NCBI GenBank assembly: GCA_965222075.1
Contig: OZ244937.1
Span: 576,001-640,000 of the forward strand
Origin: Candidatus Latescibacterota bacterium
GTDB lineage: Bacteria > Latescibacterota > UBA2968 > GCA-2709665
DNA length: 64,000 nt
Direction: 5' to 3'
Shown: piece after piece, positions 1 to 10,079 of the stretch
Layout: each line of letters opens with the position of its first letter
Position numbering within the stretch: the stretch's first letter is position 1
Program-made: the position numbers and the translations under genes
The notes under the pieces: generated by a model
The model's input: only the letters and a program-made list of their open reading frames with translations
Told to the model about the DNA's origin: nothing
Database searches by the model: none

Positions 1-87
1 GGTGTGGAGGCCGGTTGCGGTGTCGAGGCGGCCGTAGTTTTCAATGCCGATGTGGGTATCTGCAAGGTGCAGGAATGTGATTTGCAT
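1..87 (-). CDS. sbcD: SbcD/Mre11-family exonuclease, N-terminal fragment (runs off window start)
   Basis: Manual translation from ATG at 87: MQITFLHLADTHIGIENYGRLDTATGLHT, with the metallophosphoesterase DxH motif typical of SbcD. Not in the ORF track. Confidence 0.75.
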   Translation of the reverse strand, partial: MQITFLHLADTHIGIENYGRLDTATGLHT

Positions 88-160
88 AGGGAAGTCCACC
101 GCAGAGACGCAGAGGGCACGAGGAGAGGGATATGAGGGAGAAGAAATCGCTACAAGAGAA

Positions 161-188
161 TTTATACAGAAGGGGTTGAGGTTGTCAA
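161..188 (-). promoter_or_regulatory. Putative sigma70 promoter for sbcD
   Basis: Minus strand TTGACA-N16-TATAAA. Confidence 0.55.
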
Positions 189-270
189 GGGGTTTTGAAA
201 CACTTTTACCTGGGGTCAAAAAGTGCCCACACTGTTGATGGGGATCGCCTACAAGGGCCTTGTTGCGGTC

Positions 271-2103
271 CTATTTCAATGCCCCCAGTTCCACCTGGAC
301 GGCCCACGACGATGCCACACCCGTTTGGGTACGTTTGAGCGAATACCGGAGTTTTAAACGGATGTGCCGCCCGCCCCAGCCGAGGCGGACCCCGCCGGTC
401 TGTCCCCGGCCGGTGAGGACCTGGAGGCGGCTGCCGCCCCAGACGTCGGGTTCAAAGGTGTAGATGCGGGCGTCGTAGGCGGTGATGTGGAACAGCGCCG
501 CCCAGAGGGCCAGTTCCGGTCCGGGTCTGCGGCCGATGTTGAAGTTGATGCCGGCGGCCCGGCCGTGCCCCCGGCGGGATGGGGATGCGGCCCGGGCGCC
601 TTCGATCCACGCCTTGAGGCGTGCCCTGCCCCGTCGGTGGGTGAGGCGGATTTGGGCACGCCGGCGGATACGGGGGCCGATCTGGCCTGAGGCGCGTACG
701 GTTTTCCGCTGCGAGCCCAGGACAAGGCCCAGGGTGAGGCCCTGGAAGGGGCGGTGGGTGAAGTTGAGGCTGAACCGTTCGCCCCGGCCGGGGAGGGGGA
801 GTTGACCGGTGCGCCGGATGCGGCCGTGCCGGTCCAGCCCCGCCTCTATCCGGGTTTTTCTGCGCGGCTTCCAGACCGCGCCGACAAAGAGGCCCCATTC
901 GTTTTGAGGGGGGGTGCCGTAGGCGGAGGTGGCCGTGCCCCGAAGGGTCTGAAAACGGGGGCCGTAGCGCCGGGCGAGGGTAAGCAGGCGCAGGCCTTTG
1001 AATTGCACGGTGGAACCGGCCACCCAGGCCTGGTCTTGCCCCCCGGCAACTTCCCCGAAGAGGGTGAGGCGGTGGAGGCGCAGGTTCCAGTCGATGCCCA
1101 GGAGGCGGTGGTTCGGGTTGGTCTGGGCAAGGGGCGGGGTGAAGGCGGCCTGCAGGGCTGTGGTTGCGATTTCGCCAAAGGGGAGGTTGCAGTTGAGACG
1201 GAGTGCTGTGAGCTGCTCTTTGAGGGCGTCTTTTCGGTCCCGCTGGGTCTGGGTGACGTGCTGACCGCCCTCCCGGACACGGGCGTGTCCGGTCTCGTCA
1301 ACCGCCGCGTCCCAGGCGGTTCCGGAGAGGAGGAGGGTCCAGGTGAGACGACGGATTCGGCCTTCTGCGAAGAGCCCCCGGAGCGCTCCGTTTTCGGTGC
1401 TGGAGCGGTATCCGATTCGGCGGGTGCGGCGGGGTCTGGCCCAGGCCAGTCCGGTAGAGGCGCGGGTCTGTCGGCTGAAGATGAGGCCCTGGCCGAAGCC
1501 GGGACGGAAGTCGCCCAGGAGCAGGCGCGTTGTGCCCGGGACTTGGGAGACAGCGATGTATCCGCTCCAGAAGTCGACCAGGCCGGTCTCTCCGGGGTCC
1601 CGTTCGGTGAGGAGCGCGCCTGCTATCAGGTTGGCGATTCCGACCTCGGTGCGCTGGGCAATCCGCAGCTGGTTCCAGCGCTCCGGATGCTCCGGGGGGC
1701 GGGTGAGGCGCCACCGGGTCCGGCCGGATATCCGATGCCGTGCTGAGATGGAGAGGTAGGGACGGACCGCGTCCAGGGTTTCAGGGGAGATGCCCGGGAC
1801 GCGGAGGAGGTCGTCGATGCGGCGGAAGGGGCCTGCGCGATTTCGATAGGTTTCGATCTGTCGGGCGGTTTGGGCGGAGAGCCAGGGGAGGGCCTGCAGG
1901 TCACCTGCGGCGGCGCGGTTGAGATCGAGGCGAAGCCCTTCGAGGTCCTTCAGGAGGGCCTGATAGGCCTGGGCGTCTTCCGGGTCGGCAGCCGGGTATT
2001 CCTGGGCGCCTGGGGAGCCGATTGCTGCAAAGACAAAGATGAGGGCTGTCGTGAAAAGCCTTTTCAATCTGTACAGGGCCGGGTGAAAGAAAATGTCCCT
2101 CAT
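271..2103 (-). CDS. Secreted/outer-membrane protein with ComEA-type helix-hairpin-helix domain
   Basis: Signal-peptide-like N-terminus; HhH motif LDLNRA...LQALPWLS...GPFRRIDDLLRVPGIS; beta-rich C-terminus. AAGGAG RBS before ATG 2103 (ORF track start 2133). Confidence 0.75.
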   Translation of the reverse strand: MRDIFFHPALYRLKRLFTTALIFVFAAIGSPGAQEYPAADPEDAQAYQALLKDLEGLRLDLNRAAAGDLQALPWLSAQTARQIETYRNRAGPFRRIDDLLRVPGISPETLDAVRPYLSISARHRISGRTRWRLTRPPEHPERWNQLRIAQRTEVGIANLIAGALLTERDPGETGLVDFWSGYIAVSQVPGTTRLLLGDFRPGFGQGLIFSRQTRASTGLAWARPRRTRRIGYRSSTENGALRGLFAEGRIRRLTWTLLLSGTAWDAAVDETGHARVREGGQHVTQTQRDRKDALKEQLTALRLNCNLPFGEIATTALQAAFTPPLAQTNPNHRLLGIDWNLRLHRLTLFGEVAGGQDQAWVAGSTVQFKGLRLLTLARRYGPRFQTLRGTATSAYGTPPQNEWGLFVGAVWKPRRKTRIEAGLDRHGRIRRTGQLPLPGRGERFSLNFTHRPFQGLTLGLVLGSQRKTVRASGQIGPRIRRRAQIRLTHRRGRARLKAWIEGARAASPSRRGHGRAAGINFNIGRRPGPELALWAALFHITAYDARIYTFEPDVWGGSRLQVLTGRGQTGGVRLGWGGRHIRLKLRYSLKRTQTGVASSWAVQVELGALK

Positions 2104-2202
2104 GGTCTGGTCTCCTTCCGTGGCGGGGTGCATTCAGTACGTTGGGTATCAAGGGGTTATCTCCTTTTGTGGGGAAGAGGACGGTTTGTCCACCAGGGCG
2201 TG

Positions 2203-2219
2203 TGCAAGCCGGATGCCAG
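2203..2219 (-). promoter_or_regulatory. Putative sigma54 (-24/-12) promoter
   Basis: Minus strand CTGGCATCCGGCTTGCA with GG-N10-GC spacing. Confidence 0.6.
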
Positions 2220-2234
2220 CAGAAGGGAACGACC

Positions 2235-2282
2235 AAAAAAGAAAGGGGAGGACCCTGATGGTCTTCCCCTTTCCGGTTTTTT
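2235..2282 (-). terminator. Intrinsic terminator (possibly bidirectional)
   Basis: AAAGGGGAGGACC-ctgat-GGTCTTCCCCTTT hairpin flanked by A and T runs, downstream of the 2331 stop. Confidence 0.7.
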
Positions 2283-2288
2283 GATCGA

Positions 2289-2321
2289 CCTGCCTGCCGC
2301 GACGCTCGCGGCGCAGGCAGG
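2289..2321. repeat. 33-bp bulged palindromic element (copy 1)
   Basis: CCTGCCTGCCGCGACGCTCGCGGCGCAGGCAGG; same ends and length as copies at 10108 and 35308. Confidence 0.8.
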
Positions 2322-2330
2322 TGCCGCTGC

Positions 2331-4253
2331 CTACTGGTTGTCCACTGTGTCCTCGTCGGGCAGGGGGATAATTTTCCCCTTGCGAATGGTCAGCAAGTAC
2401 ATCCAGGCATTCTCGCGGTTGGCTTTGCCAAAGGCGATCTGGCCCGTTGCCGAGGGTATTCCGGAGAGGGATTCCAGCCTTTCGCGGAGTGTTTCCCTTG
2501 TCGTCCCACCGGCGGTGATGGCGCGCAGGACCGCCAGCATGGCATCGTAGCTGAGGGCTGCCACGATGCTCTGGTCTCTGCCAAACCGGGACCGAAAGGA
2601 ATCCACGAAGTTCCGGACGGATAAGTGTTTGCTCTGGTCGTGGTACCTGGCGACAAAGATCGCGCCTTCCACATAATCTCCGCCGTCGCGCGCCACTTCG
2701 GGGAAGTTCCACCCGTCGCTGCCCAGCAGCTGCGCCTGGATCCGGTGGAAGGCGACCTGGGGCGCTATGAGGAGCACGTCTTCACGCTCGCCGGCGATAA
2801 GGAAGCCGTCCAGGGTCTCCACGGGTTCCGGCTGGACAGTATCCGGATCGACCGGTACGGGCGGGGGTGGGGCCACGCGGATGCCGGCCAGGAGAAGCGA
2901 GTCGATTTCGCCGGCAAAGGTTTCGGGGATGCGGAGGGCCAGGCCGGCTTCTCGAATGCGTTCGAACTGCCCCCGGTAGTCGGTGGTTTCGGGTGCGTAC
3001 CATTCCTGCACGATCACTTCTGCGCCCAGTTCCTCGGCGCGGGCGGTGAATTCTCTGGTGATCCGGTCGCCGTAGGCGTCCCGGGTGGCGAGGGTGACCA
3101 GGGTTCGCAGGCCCAGCTTTCGGACGGCATAGTCGGCAATGCGCCGGCCCTGCGCGCCGGGCGTGGCGTTCATCTGGAAGATATAGGGGCTGATGGAGGC
3201 GATGCGGTCTTCGGAGGCTGTGGGGGCGATGAGGGGGATCTTGCGGTCGCCGGCCAAGAAGGCCATGGGGGTGGTTTCCTGGCTGGTGAGGGCGCCGATG
3301 ATGGCGATGACATCGTAGTGGTCGATGAGGCGCTTCGTGGCCAGCCCGGCCCGGATGACATCGCCTTCCGAATCTTCGATGACGAGGCCGACCTGGTCGC
3401 CGGAGGCGAGAGGGTTTTGCTCCCGCGCCAGCAGGATGCCATCCCTCAAATCCAGGCCCAGGGGGGTTTCCATGGGGCCGATAATACCCACTTTAAATCG
3501 GGCATGGGCGGGTTCGAGCGGCATTTCCGGGGGCAGGGCGTCTTTTTTTCCCGGGGCGGTTACCCCCTCTTTGGGCCGGGGCTTGAGTGTCTGTTGCGCG
3601 AGCGACGCCAGGCGTCCGTTGGGATACTGCTCCAGAAAGAGGGCCATTTTACGGATGCTCTCTTCCGGGCGGCCCAGTTTGCCGGGCCAGCGGGCCTGCC
3701 CGAAGGCGACGGCTTCTTCGACGATGGCCCGCCCGAAATCCGATTTGAGACGTGCGATGTCCTGGTCGGTGAGCCGGCCGGTGCCCGCCATTTGCCCGAG
3801 CCGATCCGCAGCCCGGGTTTTGAGACGGATGTCTGCTTTGCCGGTGAGGAGGCGGGCGTACTGTGCCGCAGCGCTGTAGGTCTGGCCCTGGTGAAAGTAG
3901 CAGTCTCCGATAACGAGATCGGCTTCGAGGAGATACCGGCTGGAGGGGAAGTGTTCGTAGAGTTCGTAGGCGGCGGCGATGGCCAGGTTGTATTTTTTGC
4001 GTTTGTAGTGGGATTTGGCCAGCATCAGTCTGGAGGCCGATGTGCGCTGGTTGGGGGGGTAGTGTTCGATGAGGTCCTGGAACCCCTGCCGAGCTTCCGG
4101 ATAGTTCCCGTGGATGTACCGGGTAAGCGCCCGCTGGAAGAGGGTTTCGGCCTCTCTGTTGAGGGTAAGCCCACCGGGTGGGGGAGAAGCAGCGTTGGCA
4201 GCGAAGGTGAGGAGGCCCATACAGAGGCAGAAGAGAGGGATTCGAGCCTTCAA
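2331..4253 (-). CDS. BamD-like TPR repeats fused to periplasmic type-1 ligand-binding domain (LppC/LpoA or LivK-like)
   Basis: Signal peptide; TPR helices (FQDLIEHYPPN, YEHFPSSRY); Peripla_BP-like motifs (IIGALTS, LGSDGW, ALSYDA). Confidence 0.75.
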   Translation of the reverse strand: MKARIPLFCLCMGLLTFAANAASPPPGGLTLNREAETLFQRALTRYIHGNYPEARQGFQDLIEHYPPNQRTSASRLMLAKSHYKRKKYNLAIAAAYELYEHFPSSRYLLEADLVIGDCYFHQGQTYSAAAQYARLLTGKADIRLKTRAADRLGQMAGTGRLTDQDIARLKSDFGRAIVEEAVAFGQARWPGKLGRPEESIRKMALFLEQYPNGRLASLAQQTLKPRPKEGVTAPGKKDALPPEMPLEPAHARFKVGIIGPMETPLGLDLRDGILLAREQNPLASGDQVGLVIEDSEGDVIRAGLATKRLIDHYDVIAIIGALTSQETTPMAFLAGDRKIPLIAPTASEDRIASISPYIFQMNATPGAQGRRIADYAVRKLGLRTLVTLATRDAYGDRITREFTARAEELGAEVIVQEWYAPETTDYRGQFERIREAGLALRIPETFAGEIDSLLLAGIRVAPPPPVPVDPDTVQPEPVETLDGFLIAGEREDVLLIAPQVAFHRIQAQLLGSDGWNFPEVARDGGDYVEGAIFVARYHDQSKHLSVRNFVDSFRSRFGRDQSIVAALSYDAMLAVLRAITAGGTTRETLRERLESLSGIPSATGQIAFGKANRENAWMYLLTIRKGKIIPLPDEDTVDNQ

Positions 4254-4281
4254 GGAGAGATCCTCAGGTGAGGTCGTTGAT

Positions 4282-4806
4282 TTATATGGAGAAGGTGTTG
4301 AAGTCTTCCGGGTGGATCTGTTGCAGGCGGTCCTGGAGGTCTCCCGGCTTTTGTCCGAGGGCCTCGGAGAGCTGCATCCGTTTTTCTACAACCGCTTCGG
4401 CTACGAAGATGGGCGCCTCGAATTTGAGGGCCAGAATGATGGAATCGCTTGATCGAGCGTCGACTTTGAGGGTGCCTGACCCGGACTTGAGGGAGAGCCT
4501 TGCCCGGTAGATATGGTCTTTCAGATCGGATATGACGGTCTGAACCACACGGGCGTTCAGACAGGATACGACCGTTTCCACCAGATCGTGGGAGAGGGGC
4601 CGCGGGGGACGGTTCGTGCCTGATGAGAGTTCAACAGCCAGGGCCAGCATCTCGTTGGTGCCGATCCAGATCGGGAGAATTCTGTCGCCGCCGATCTCCT
4701 GGAGAAGGACGACCGGCTCTCCGGTTTGTTGATCGATATAGAGTCCTGAGACCGATGCTTGAAACATATTGAATATTGCCAGAATTGGATATTGGAAAAT
4801 CTGCAA
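4282..4806 (-). CDS. Bifunctional nuclease family protein (DUF151)
   Basis: LPIWIG..E, RPLSHDL, VDARSSDSIILAL motifs; the start may lie further downstream. Confidence 0.85.
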   Translation of the reverse strand: MQIFQYPILAIFNMFQASVSGLYIDQQTGEPVVLLQEIGGDRILPIWIGTNEMLALAVELSSGTNRPPRPLSHDLVETVVSCLNARVVQTVISDLKDHIYRARLSLKSGSGTLKVDARSSDSIILALKFEAPIFVAEAVVEKRMQLSEALGQKPGDLQDRLQQIHPEDFNTFSI

Positions 4807-4864
4807 TCTTCAGTCTTCGATCTTCAATACGACGCGCTATTCCTATCTTTCCAAATGCAGTGCG

Positions 4865-4950
4865 AATATACGATTAAGCAACAGGCGGGTCAAGAAAAAA
4901 CACGGGCTTTCCGATTCTCCCTTGACGGTTGGATACCGATTGTCTATATT
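4865..4950. promoter_or_regulatory. Divergent sigma70 promoter pair (DUF151 gene / recG)
   Basis: Minus TTGACC-N17-TATATT (4893-4865); plus TTGACG-N17-TATATT (4922-4950). Confidence 0.65.
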
Positions 4951-5012
4951 CGCACAAGGTATTGTATTTTAAAAAACTATAGCCAGTATCGTCTCCTGGA
5001 TAGTCTCTTTGT

Positions 5013-7103
5013 ATGCTGCCTGAACTTTCATATCCTGTACGCTCCCTGCGGGGGATTGGCGAAAGGCGGGAAGCGCTGCTGCAAGAGGTCGGGATTTCGA
5101 CGGTTGCCGATCTGTTGCTCTTTCTGCCTTACCGGTACGTAGATCGCACCTGCCAGACCGGCATTGCCAGTCTGCGGGTAGATCAGGAAGCGACGGCCGT
5201 GGGACGGGTGGCCTCCATGGGGGTGGTTTCAGGCCGTCAGAAGCGGTTTGTGATGGGGGTGGAGGATGGATCGGGATGCCTCGACTGCGTCTGGTTCGCC
5301 GGATATACGTATTTCCGGCAGGCTTTTTCAAAGGGCGACCTGGTGGCTGTGGGGGGCAGGGTTTCCCGGTTTGGGCAGAAGCTGCAGATGGTCCACCCGG
5401 AGGTAGAGGTGCTCTTAGAGGGTGAGGATGAGGCCCGCCTGCATACGGGGCGCATCGTTCCGCTGTATACGACCAGCGCGCGGATGAAGGCGGAGCGGCT
5501 GAGCTCCCGGGGCCTGCGCAGGCTCATCTACGGTGCGCTGGAGGCGGTATCCGGGGATATTATCGACCCTCTGCCCCCCTCTGTTCGCACCCGGCGCGGC
5601 CTCCTGCCACTTGTTTTGACGATACGGACGATCCACTTTCCCGACTCGCACGAAGAGGTGGAGGCTGCGTGCCGTCGGCTGGCTTTCGACGAGTTGTTTA
5701 TTTTGCAGCTCCACCTGAGGGGACTGCAGCGGGCGCGTGAGGGCCAACCCGGACGTCCGCTTCGGGCGTGTGGGCCTCTGGCCGAAACGCTGATGACACA
5801 CCTGCCGTTCCAGTTGACCGGGGCCCAGCGCCGGGCTTTGGGGGAGATCTGGCGTGATCTTTCCCGGCCAGTGGCGATGCACCGGCTGCTGCAGGGAGAT
5901 GTGGGGTCAGGCAAGACGCTGGTGGCCCTGCTGGCGATGCTTTCAGCGGTGGAGGGTGGGGCGCAGGCGACCCTGATGGCGCCCACGGAGATCCTGGCCG
6001 AACAGCATGCAGGGGTGCTGCGTGAGCTGCTAACACCACTGGATCTGCCGGTATACCTCTTGACGGGGCGCCTTCGGCAGGCCCAACGGCGGGAGGCGCT
6101 GAAAGCCTTAGCGTGTGGGGATGCGCGGATTGTGGTGGGAACGCATGCGCTGCTGCGGGAGGATGTGGTTTTTGACGACCTGGGGATGGCTGTGGTAGAC
6201 GAGCAGCACCGGTTCGGGGTGCTCCAGCGGGCAGCGCTGAGGGAGAAGGGAGAGGGCGTCCACCTGCTGGTGATGACAGCGACCCCGATTCCCCGTTCCC
6301 TGGCGCTGACGCTGTATGGCGATCTGGATGTGACGGTCCTGGACGAACTGCCCCCGGGACGTGGGCCGGTGGTAACGGGCTGGCGTCTGGCAGCGGACCG
6401 CCACCGGGCGTTTTCTTTTTTGCGGGAGGAAATTGTTAAGGGGCGACAGGCCTATATCGTCTATCCCCTGATCGAGGAGTCGGGGGAGAGCGATATGAAG
6501 GCGGTAACCCAGGCCTTTGTGGATTTGCAGCAGGGGCCGCTTCGGGGGCTGCGCCTTGGGTTGCTGCACGGGCGACTGCCGGCGGATGAGAAAGAGGCGG
6601 TGATGTCGGGGTTTCGGGCAGGGCAGATCGATGCGCTGGTGTCCACCACGGTGATCGAGGTGGGAGTGGATGTGCCCGATGCCACGGTGATGCTGGTGGA
6701 ACATGCGGAGCGGTTCGGGCTTTCCCAACTCCACCAGCTCCGTGGACGTGTGGGCCGGGGGGCGCATGCCTCCTACTGCGTGCTGGTTGCCGATCCTGCG
6801 GGCGGTCTAACGCCTGAGGCACATGCCCGGCTGGATACGATGGCGCGGACAAGGGATGGGTTCGAAATTGCGGAGATGGATTTGCAGATCCGGGGACCGG
6901 GACAGATTTTTGGGACGCGGCAGGCCGGTTTTCCCGAGTTTCGGTTTGCCCATTTGGGGCGGGATGGGGATCTGGTGGTTCTGGCACGGAGAGAGGCGAA
7001 GGGCCTGCTGGATGCCGATCCAAAGCTCATGCATTTCGAACACCGGGAGTTGGCCCGGCGGGTGGAAGCAGTGGACCTGGGCGGAATGCGGATTGCGGGG
7101 TGA
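5013..7103 (+). CDS. recG: ATP-dependent DNA helicase RecG
   Basis: Wedge domain, LQGDVGSGKT, DEQHRFGV, MTATPIPR, QLHQLRGRVGRG, TRG motif. Confidence 0.97.
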   Translation: MLPELSYPVRSLRGIGERREALLQEVGISTVADLLLFLPYRYVDRTCQTGIASLRVDQEATAVGRVASMGVVSGRQKRFVMGVEDGSGCLDCVWFAGYTYFRQAFSKGDLVAVGGRVSRFGQKLQMVHPEVEVLLEGEDEARLHTGRIVPLYTTSARMKAERLSSRGLRRLIYGALEAVSGDIIDPLPPSVRTRRGLLPLVLTIRTIHFPDSHEEVEAACRRLAFDELFILQLHLRGLQRAREGQPGRPLRACGPLAETLMTHLPFQLTGAQRRALGEIWRDLSRPVAMHRLLQGDVGSGKTLVALLAMLSAVEGGAQATLMAPTEILAEQHAGVLRELLTPLDLPVYLLTGRLRQAQRREALKALACGDARIVVGTHALLREDVVFDDLGMAVVDEQHRFGVLQRAALREKGEGVHLLVMTATPIPRSLALTLYGDLDVTVLDELPPGRGPVVTGWRLAADRHRAFSFLREEIVKGRQAYIVYPLIEESGESDMKAVTQAFVDLQQGPLRGLRLGLLHGRLPADEKEAVMSGFRAGQIDALVSTTVIEVGVDVPDATVMLVEHAERFGLSQLHQLRGRVGRGAHASYCVLVADPAGGLTPEAHARLDTMARTRDGFEIAEMDLQIRGPGQIFGTRQAGFPEFRFAHLGRDGDLVVLARREAKGLLDADPKLMHFEHRELARRVEAVDLGGMRIAG

Positions 7104-7141
7104 TGGAAATTCTGCAATGGGTTGGGTGGGCGGGATTAGGG

Positions 7142-7170
7142 TTGACACCCCTGTGAATTTGTGGTAGATT
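7142..7170 (+). promoter_or_regulatory. Putative sigma70 promoter
   Basis: TTGACA-N17-TAGATT; supports the CDS start at 7227. Confidence 0.6.
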
Positions 7171-7226
7171 GTTCGCGGTATTTCAGGTTCCGGAGAGGGG
7201 CGTTTCGGATTTTGGAAGGGGATATT

Positions 7227-8189
7227 ATGCAATCGGGGGCGTGCAGGATCGCCCTGGTCGGCACGATTAATCGCGATACAATTCAAACGCCCGACGGGGT
7301 ACGCACCCACAGCTACGGCGGCATGCTCTACAGCATCCTCGCCTTAGCCGAGATCGCGGAGGCGGCGATCTACCCGATCTGCAATGTGGGCGAGGATGTG
7401 GAGGCGGCCGTTCGGGAACTGCTTGCCCCCTATTCTTCGGTTCGGTTTGACGGGATGCGGTTCGTTTCGGAGCAGAATCCCCACTGTTTCCTGGAGTACG
7501 ACGCAGAGGGGCACAAGCAGGAGACCCTCCTGGGCGGGGTTGTGCCGCTGACGGCTGACCGGATCGGTCCGTTTCTGGACTGCGATGCGGTTTGTTTCAA
7601 TTTTATTACCGGCATGGAGCTTTCGCTGGAGACGTTTCAGGAGGTCCAGGGCGCTGCGGTGGGGCTTATCTGTATGGATGTGCACAGCCTGACGCTGGGC
7701 ATTGACAGCAACCGCCGCCGGTTCTGGCGGGTTCCCCCGCAGTGGGAATCCTGGGTGGCCTGTGCCGATGTGGTACAGCTCAACGAACAGGAGGGGGCCT
7801 TATTGGCCGGTGAGACGCTGGATGGGGATTCGGCCTTCCGGCGTTTTGGGGAAAAGGTACTTTCCCTGGGGCCTGCCTCACTCCTGATGACCTGCGGCGA
7901 GCGGGGGTGCCGGACGGTTTACCGGAATGCGCGGGGGGAGGTTGAGGTTCAACGTTTTGGCCCCTCCCCGGTCGGGACGCCACAGGATGAGACCGGGTGC
8001 GGCGATGTGTTCCTGATAGGGTTTACCTGGGCGTATCTGCAAACGGGGGATTTTGCAGAGGCCAGCCGGTTTGCCAACCAGGTGGCGGGCATCAACTGCT
8101 GCCTGCGGGGGATCGAGGAGATCGGACAGATTGGCCGTTTTCCGGGTCCCGAAGGCCGCTTTGTTTCTTCATTCCCCCAAGAGGGATAG
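7227..8189 (+). CDS. PfkB-family carbohydrate kinase
   Basis: SYGG, LNEQE, DETGCGDVF (PfkB signature DxxGxGD). Confidence 0.85.
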   Translation: MQSGACRIALVGTINRDTIQTPDGVRTHSYGGMLYSILALAEIAEAAIYPICNVGEDVEAAVRELLAPYSSVRFDGMRFVSEQNPHCFLEYDAEGHKQETLLGGVVPLTADRIGPFLDCDAVCFNFITGMELSLETFQEVQGAAVGLICMDVHSLTLGIDSNRRRFWRVPPQWESWVACADVVQLNEQEGALLAGETLDGDSAFRRFGEKVLSLGPASLLMTCGERGCRTVYRNARGEVEVQRFGPSPVGTPQDETGCGDVFLIGFTWAYLQTGDFAEASRFANQVAGINCCLRGIEEIGQIGRFPGPEGRFVSSFPQEG

Positions 8190-8241
8190 AAAAGGTGTGG
8201 TGAAGCCCTGCCCCCTTTCTACACCAGAGGAGGTAAACGCG

Positions 8242-9216
8242 ATGCAACAGTACAATTTTCCAAGCAGACCGAATTTCGATCTGTCCCTGAACTCCCGGTA
8301 CATCTATTACGCGCTGGGGGTGATTGTGGTTCTCTGGTTGGCCAGCGGGATCTACATTGTCCGGGCCGACGAACAGGCGGTGGTGCTGCGGTTCGGACGG
8401 TCTATGGGGGTGGAGGAATCCGGACTTCACTACCACCTGCCCTGGCCCGTCGAAAGTGTTGAGATCGAACGGGTGACCGAGTTCAAACGGGAAGAGATCG
8501 GTTTCCGCACCATCGGGATGGACCCAACGCCGCGTTATCAACCGGTGGTCAGAGAAGCGCTGATGCTCACCGGAGACGAGAATATTGTGAGCGTGGAACT
8601 GATCGTGCAGTACCGTATTGGCGATATTGAGAAGTACCTTTTCAACGTGGACGGTCAGGGCCAGGCTGTCCGGAGTGTCGCGGAAGCCGCGCTGCGCCAG
8701 GTCATCGGCCGATCCACCATCGACGAGGTCCTTACCGAGGGCAAGTTCCAGATTCAGGGAGAGATCGAGGAACAGATCAAGGAAGTTTTTGAGCTTTACG
8801 GGATTGGGCTGCATGTGGAGGCGGTGAAACTTCAGACCGTATCGGTGCCCAGAGAGGTGGACCACGCCTTCAAGGATGTAGCCAGCGCTCGGGAAGACCG
8901 TGAGAAGCTCCGGAACGAGGCGGAGGCCTACCAGAACGAGGTTATCCCCAAGGCCCGGGGTGGGGCCGAAAAGATGATCCGGGAGGCGGAGGCCTACAAG
9001 GTGGAAAGGGTCAAGCGGTCTCAGGGAGATGCCGACCGCTTCCTGGTGGTTCTGAAGGAATACCGGAATGCCCGGGAGGTGACCGAGACCCGGCTTTATT
9101 TAGAGACGATGGAGAAGATCCTGCCGGGGATCCAGAAATATATTGTGGAATCCGGCGGCAAGGGAGGTGGCATTTTGAATGTCCTGCAGCTCCAGAAAAC
9201 GACAGGAGGGAAATAG
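8242..9216 (+). CDS. hflK: FtsH protease modulator HflK
   Basis: SPFH domain, MLTGDENIV, VTETRLYLETME; GGAGG RBS. Confidence 0.95.
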   Translation: MQQYNFPSRPNFDLSLNSRYIYYALGVIVVLWLASGIYIVRADEQAVVLRFGRSMGVEESGLHYHLPWPVESVEIERVTEFKREEIGFRTIGMDPTPRYQPVVREALMLTGDENIVSVELIVQYRIGDIEKYLFNVDGQGQAVRSVAEAALRQVIGRSTIDEVLTEGKFQIQGEIEEQIKEVFELYGIGLHVEAVKLQTVSVPREVDHAFKDVASAREDREKLRNEAEAYQNEVIPKARGGAEKMIREAEAYKVERVKRSQGDADRFLVVLKEYRNAREVTETRLYLETMEKILPGIQKYIVESGGKGGGILNVLQLQKTTGGK

Positions 9217-9218
9217 CC

Positions 9219-10079
9219 ATGAGAACGGCTGTGATTCTACTTGTGATTCTGATTCTGCTCGGGATTGCCGTTGATGCCGTATTTTTTATCGTGGATGAAC
9301 GGGAGCAGGTGGTGGTGACCCGGCTGGGAGAGCCGAAGCGTATTATACTGACCTCCGGAATCAGGTGGAAAGTGCCCTTTATCGAGCAGATCCACGTCTT
9401 CGATGATCGTCTACTTTTCAGCGATGCCGATCCGGCGCCCATTTATACAATGGACAAGAAAAATCTGATTGTGGACAATTTCGCCCGGTGGCGCATTGCA
9501 GATCCGCTCAAGTTCCTGCGGTCCGTACAGACGATTCGAGGCGCCCAGTCCCGCTTAGATGATATTATCTATGCTGCGGTGCGAGAGGAGCTGGGGCGGC
9601 GCGCCCTTTCAGAGATCGTCTCGGGCAACCGGCGGGAGATTATGCAGCGGGTCACGAAGCGGTCCCGGCAGGATGCCGAGGAGCTGGGCGTCGAGATTAT
9701 CGACGTGCGGATCAAGCGCGCCGACTTGCCGGAGGAGAACAAAAAGAATGTGTTCGATCGGATGCGGGCGGAGCGGTCCCGGCAGGCCAAGGAGTACCGC
9801 GCCGAAGGAGAGGAGATGGCGCTGAAGATCCGCGCGGAGACCGACCTGGAGGTGACGCGGCTCAAGTCCGGGGCATTTCAGAAATCGCAGTTGATCCGGG
9901 GGGAGGGAGACGCCGAGGCCCTGCGGATCTATGCCGATGCGTTCCTGCGAGATCCCAAGTTCTACGAATTTCAGCGCACCCTGGAGACCTACGAAAAGAC
10001 GCTGGGTGAGAATACTGTGGTTGTGCTGCCGTTGAGCATCGAGTTCTTCAAGTATCTCGGAACCGGAAAGAAAAAATGA
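9219..10079 (+). CDS. hflC: FtsH protease modulator HflC
   Basis: DKKNLIVDNF, DVRIKRADLP, RMRAER; follows hflK. Confidence 0.95.
   Translation: MRTAVILLVILILLGIAVDAVFFIVDEREQVVVTRLGEPKRIILTSGIRWKVPFIEQIHVFDDRLLFSDADPAPIYTMDKKNLIVDNFARWRIADPLKFLRSVQTIRGAQSRLDDIIYAAVREELGRRALSEIVSGNRREIMQRVTKRSRQDAEELGVEIIDVRIKRADLPEENKKNVFDRMRAERSRQAKEYRAEGEEMALKIRAETDLEVTRLKSGAFQKSQLIRGEGDAEALRIYADAFLRDPKFYEFQRTLETYEKTLGENTVVVLPLSIEFFKYLGTGKKK

Noticed and set aside
2625-4271. 548-aa plus-strand ORF, and similar long antisense ORFs (754-1746, 22794-24122, 28196-29716, 48652-49707, 52426-54309)
   Set aside because: Shadow frames of well-supported genes in GC-rich DNA; no motifs, biased composition.
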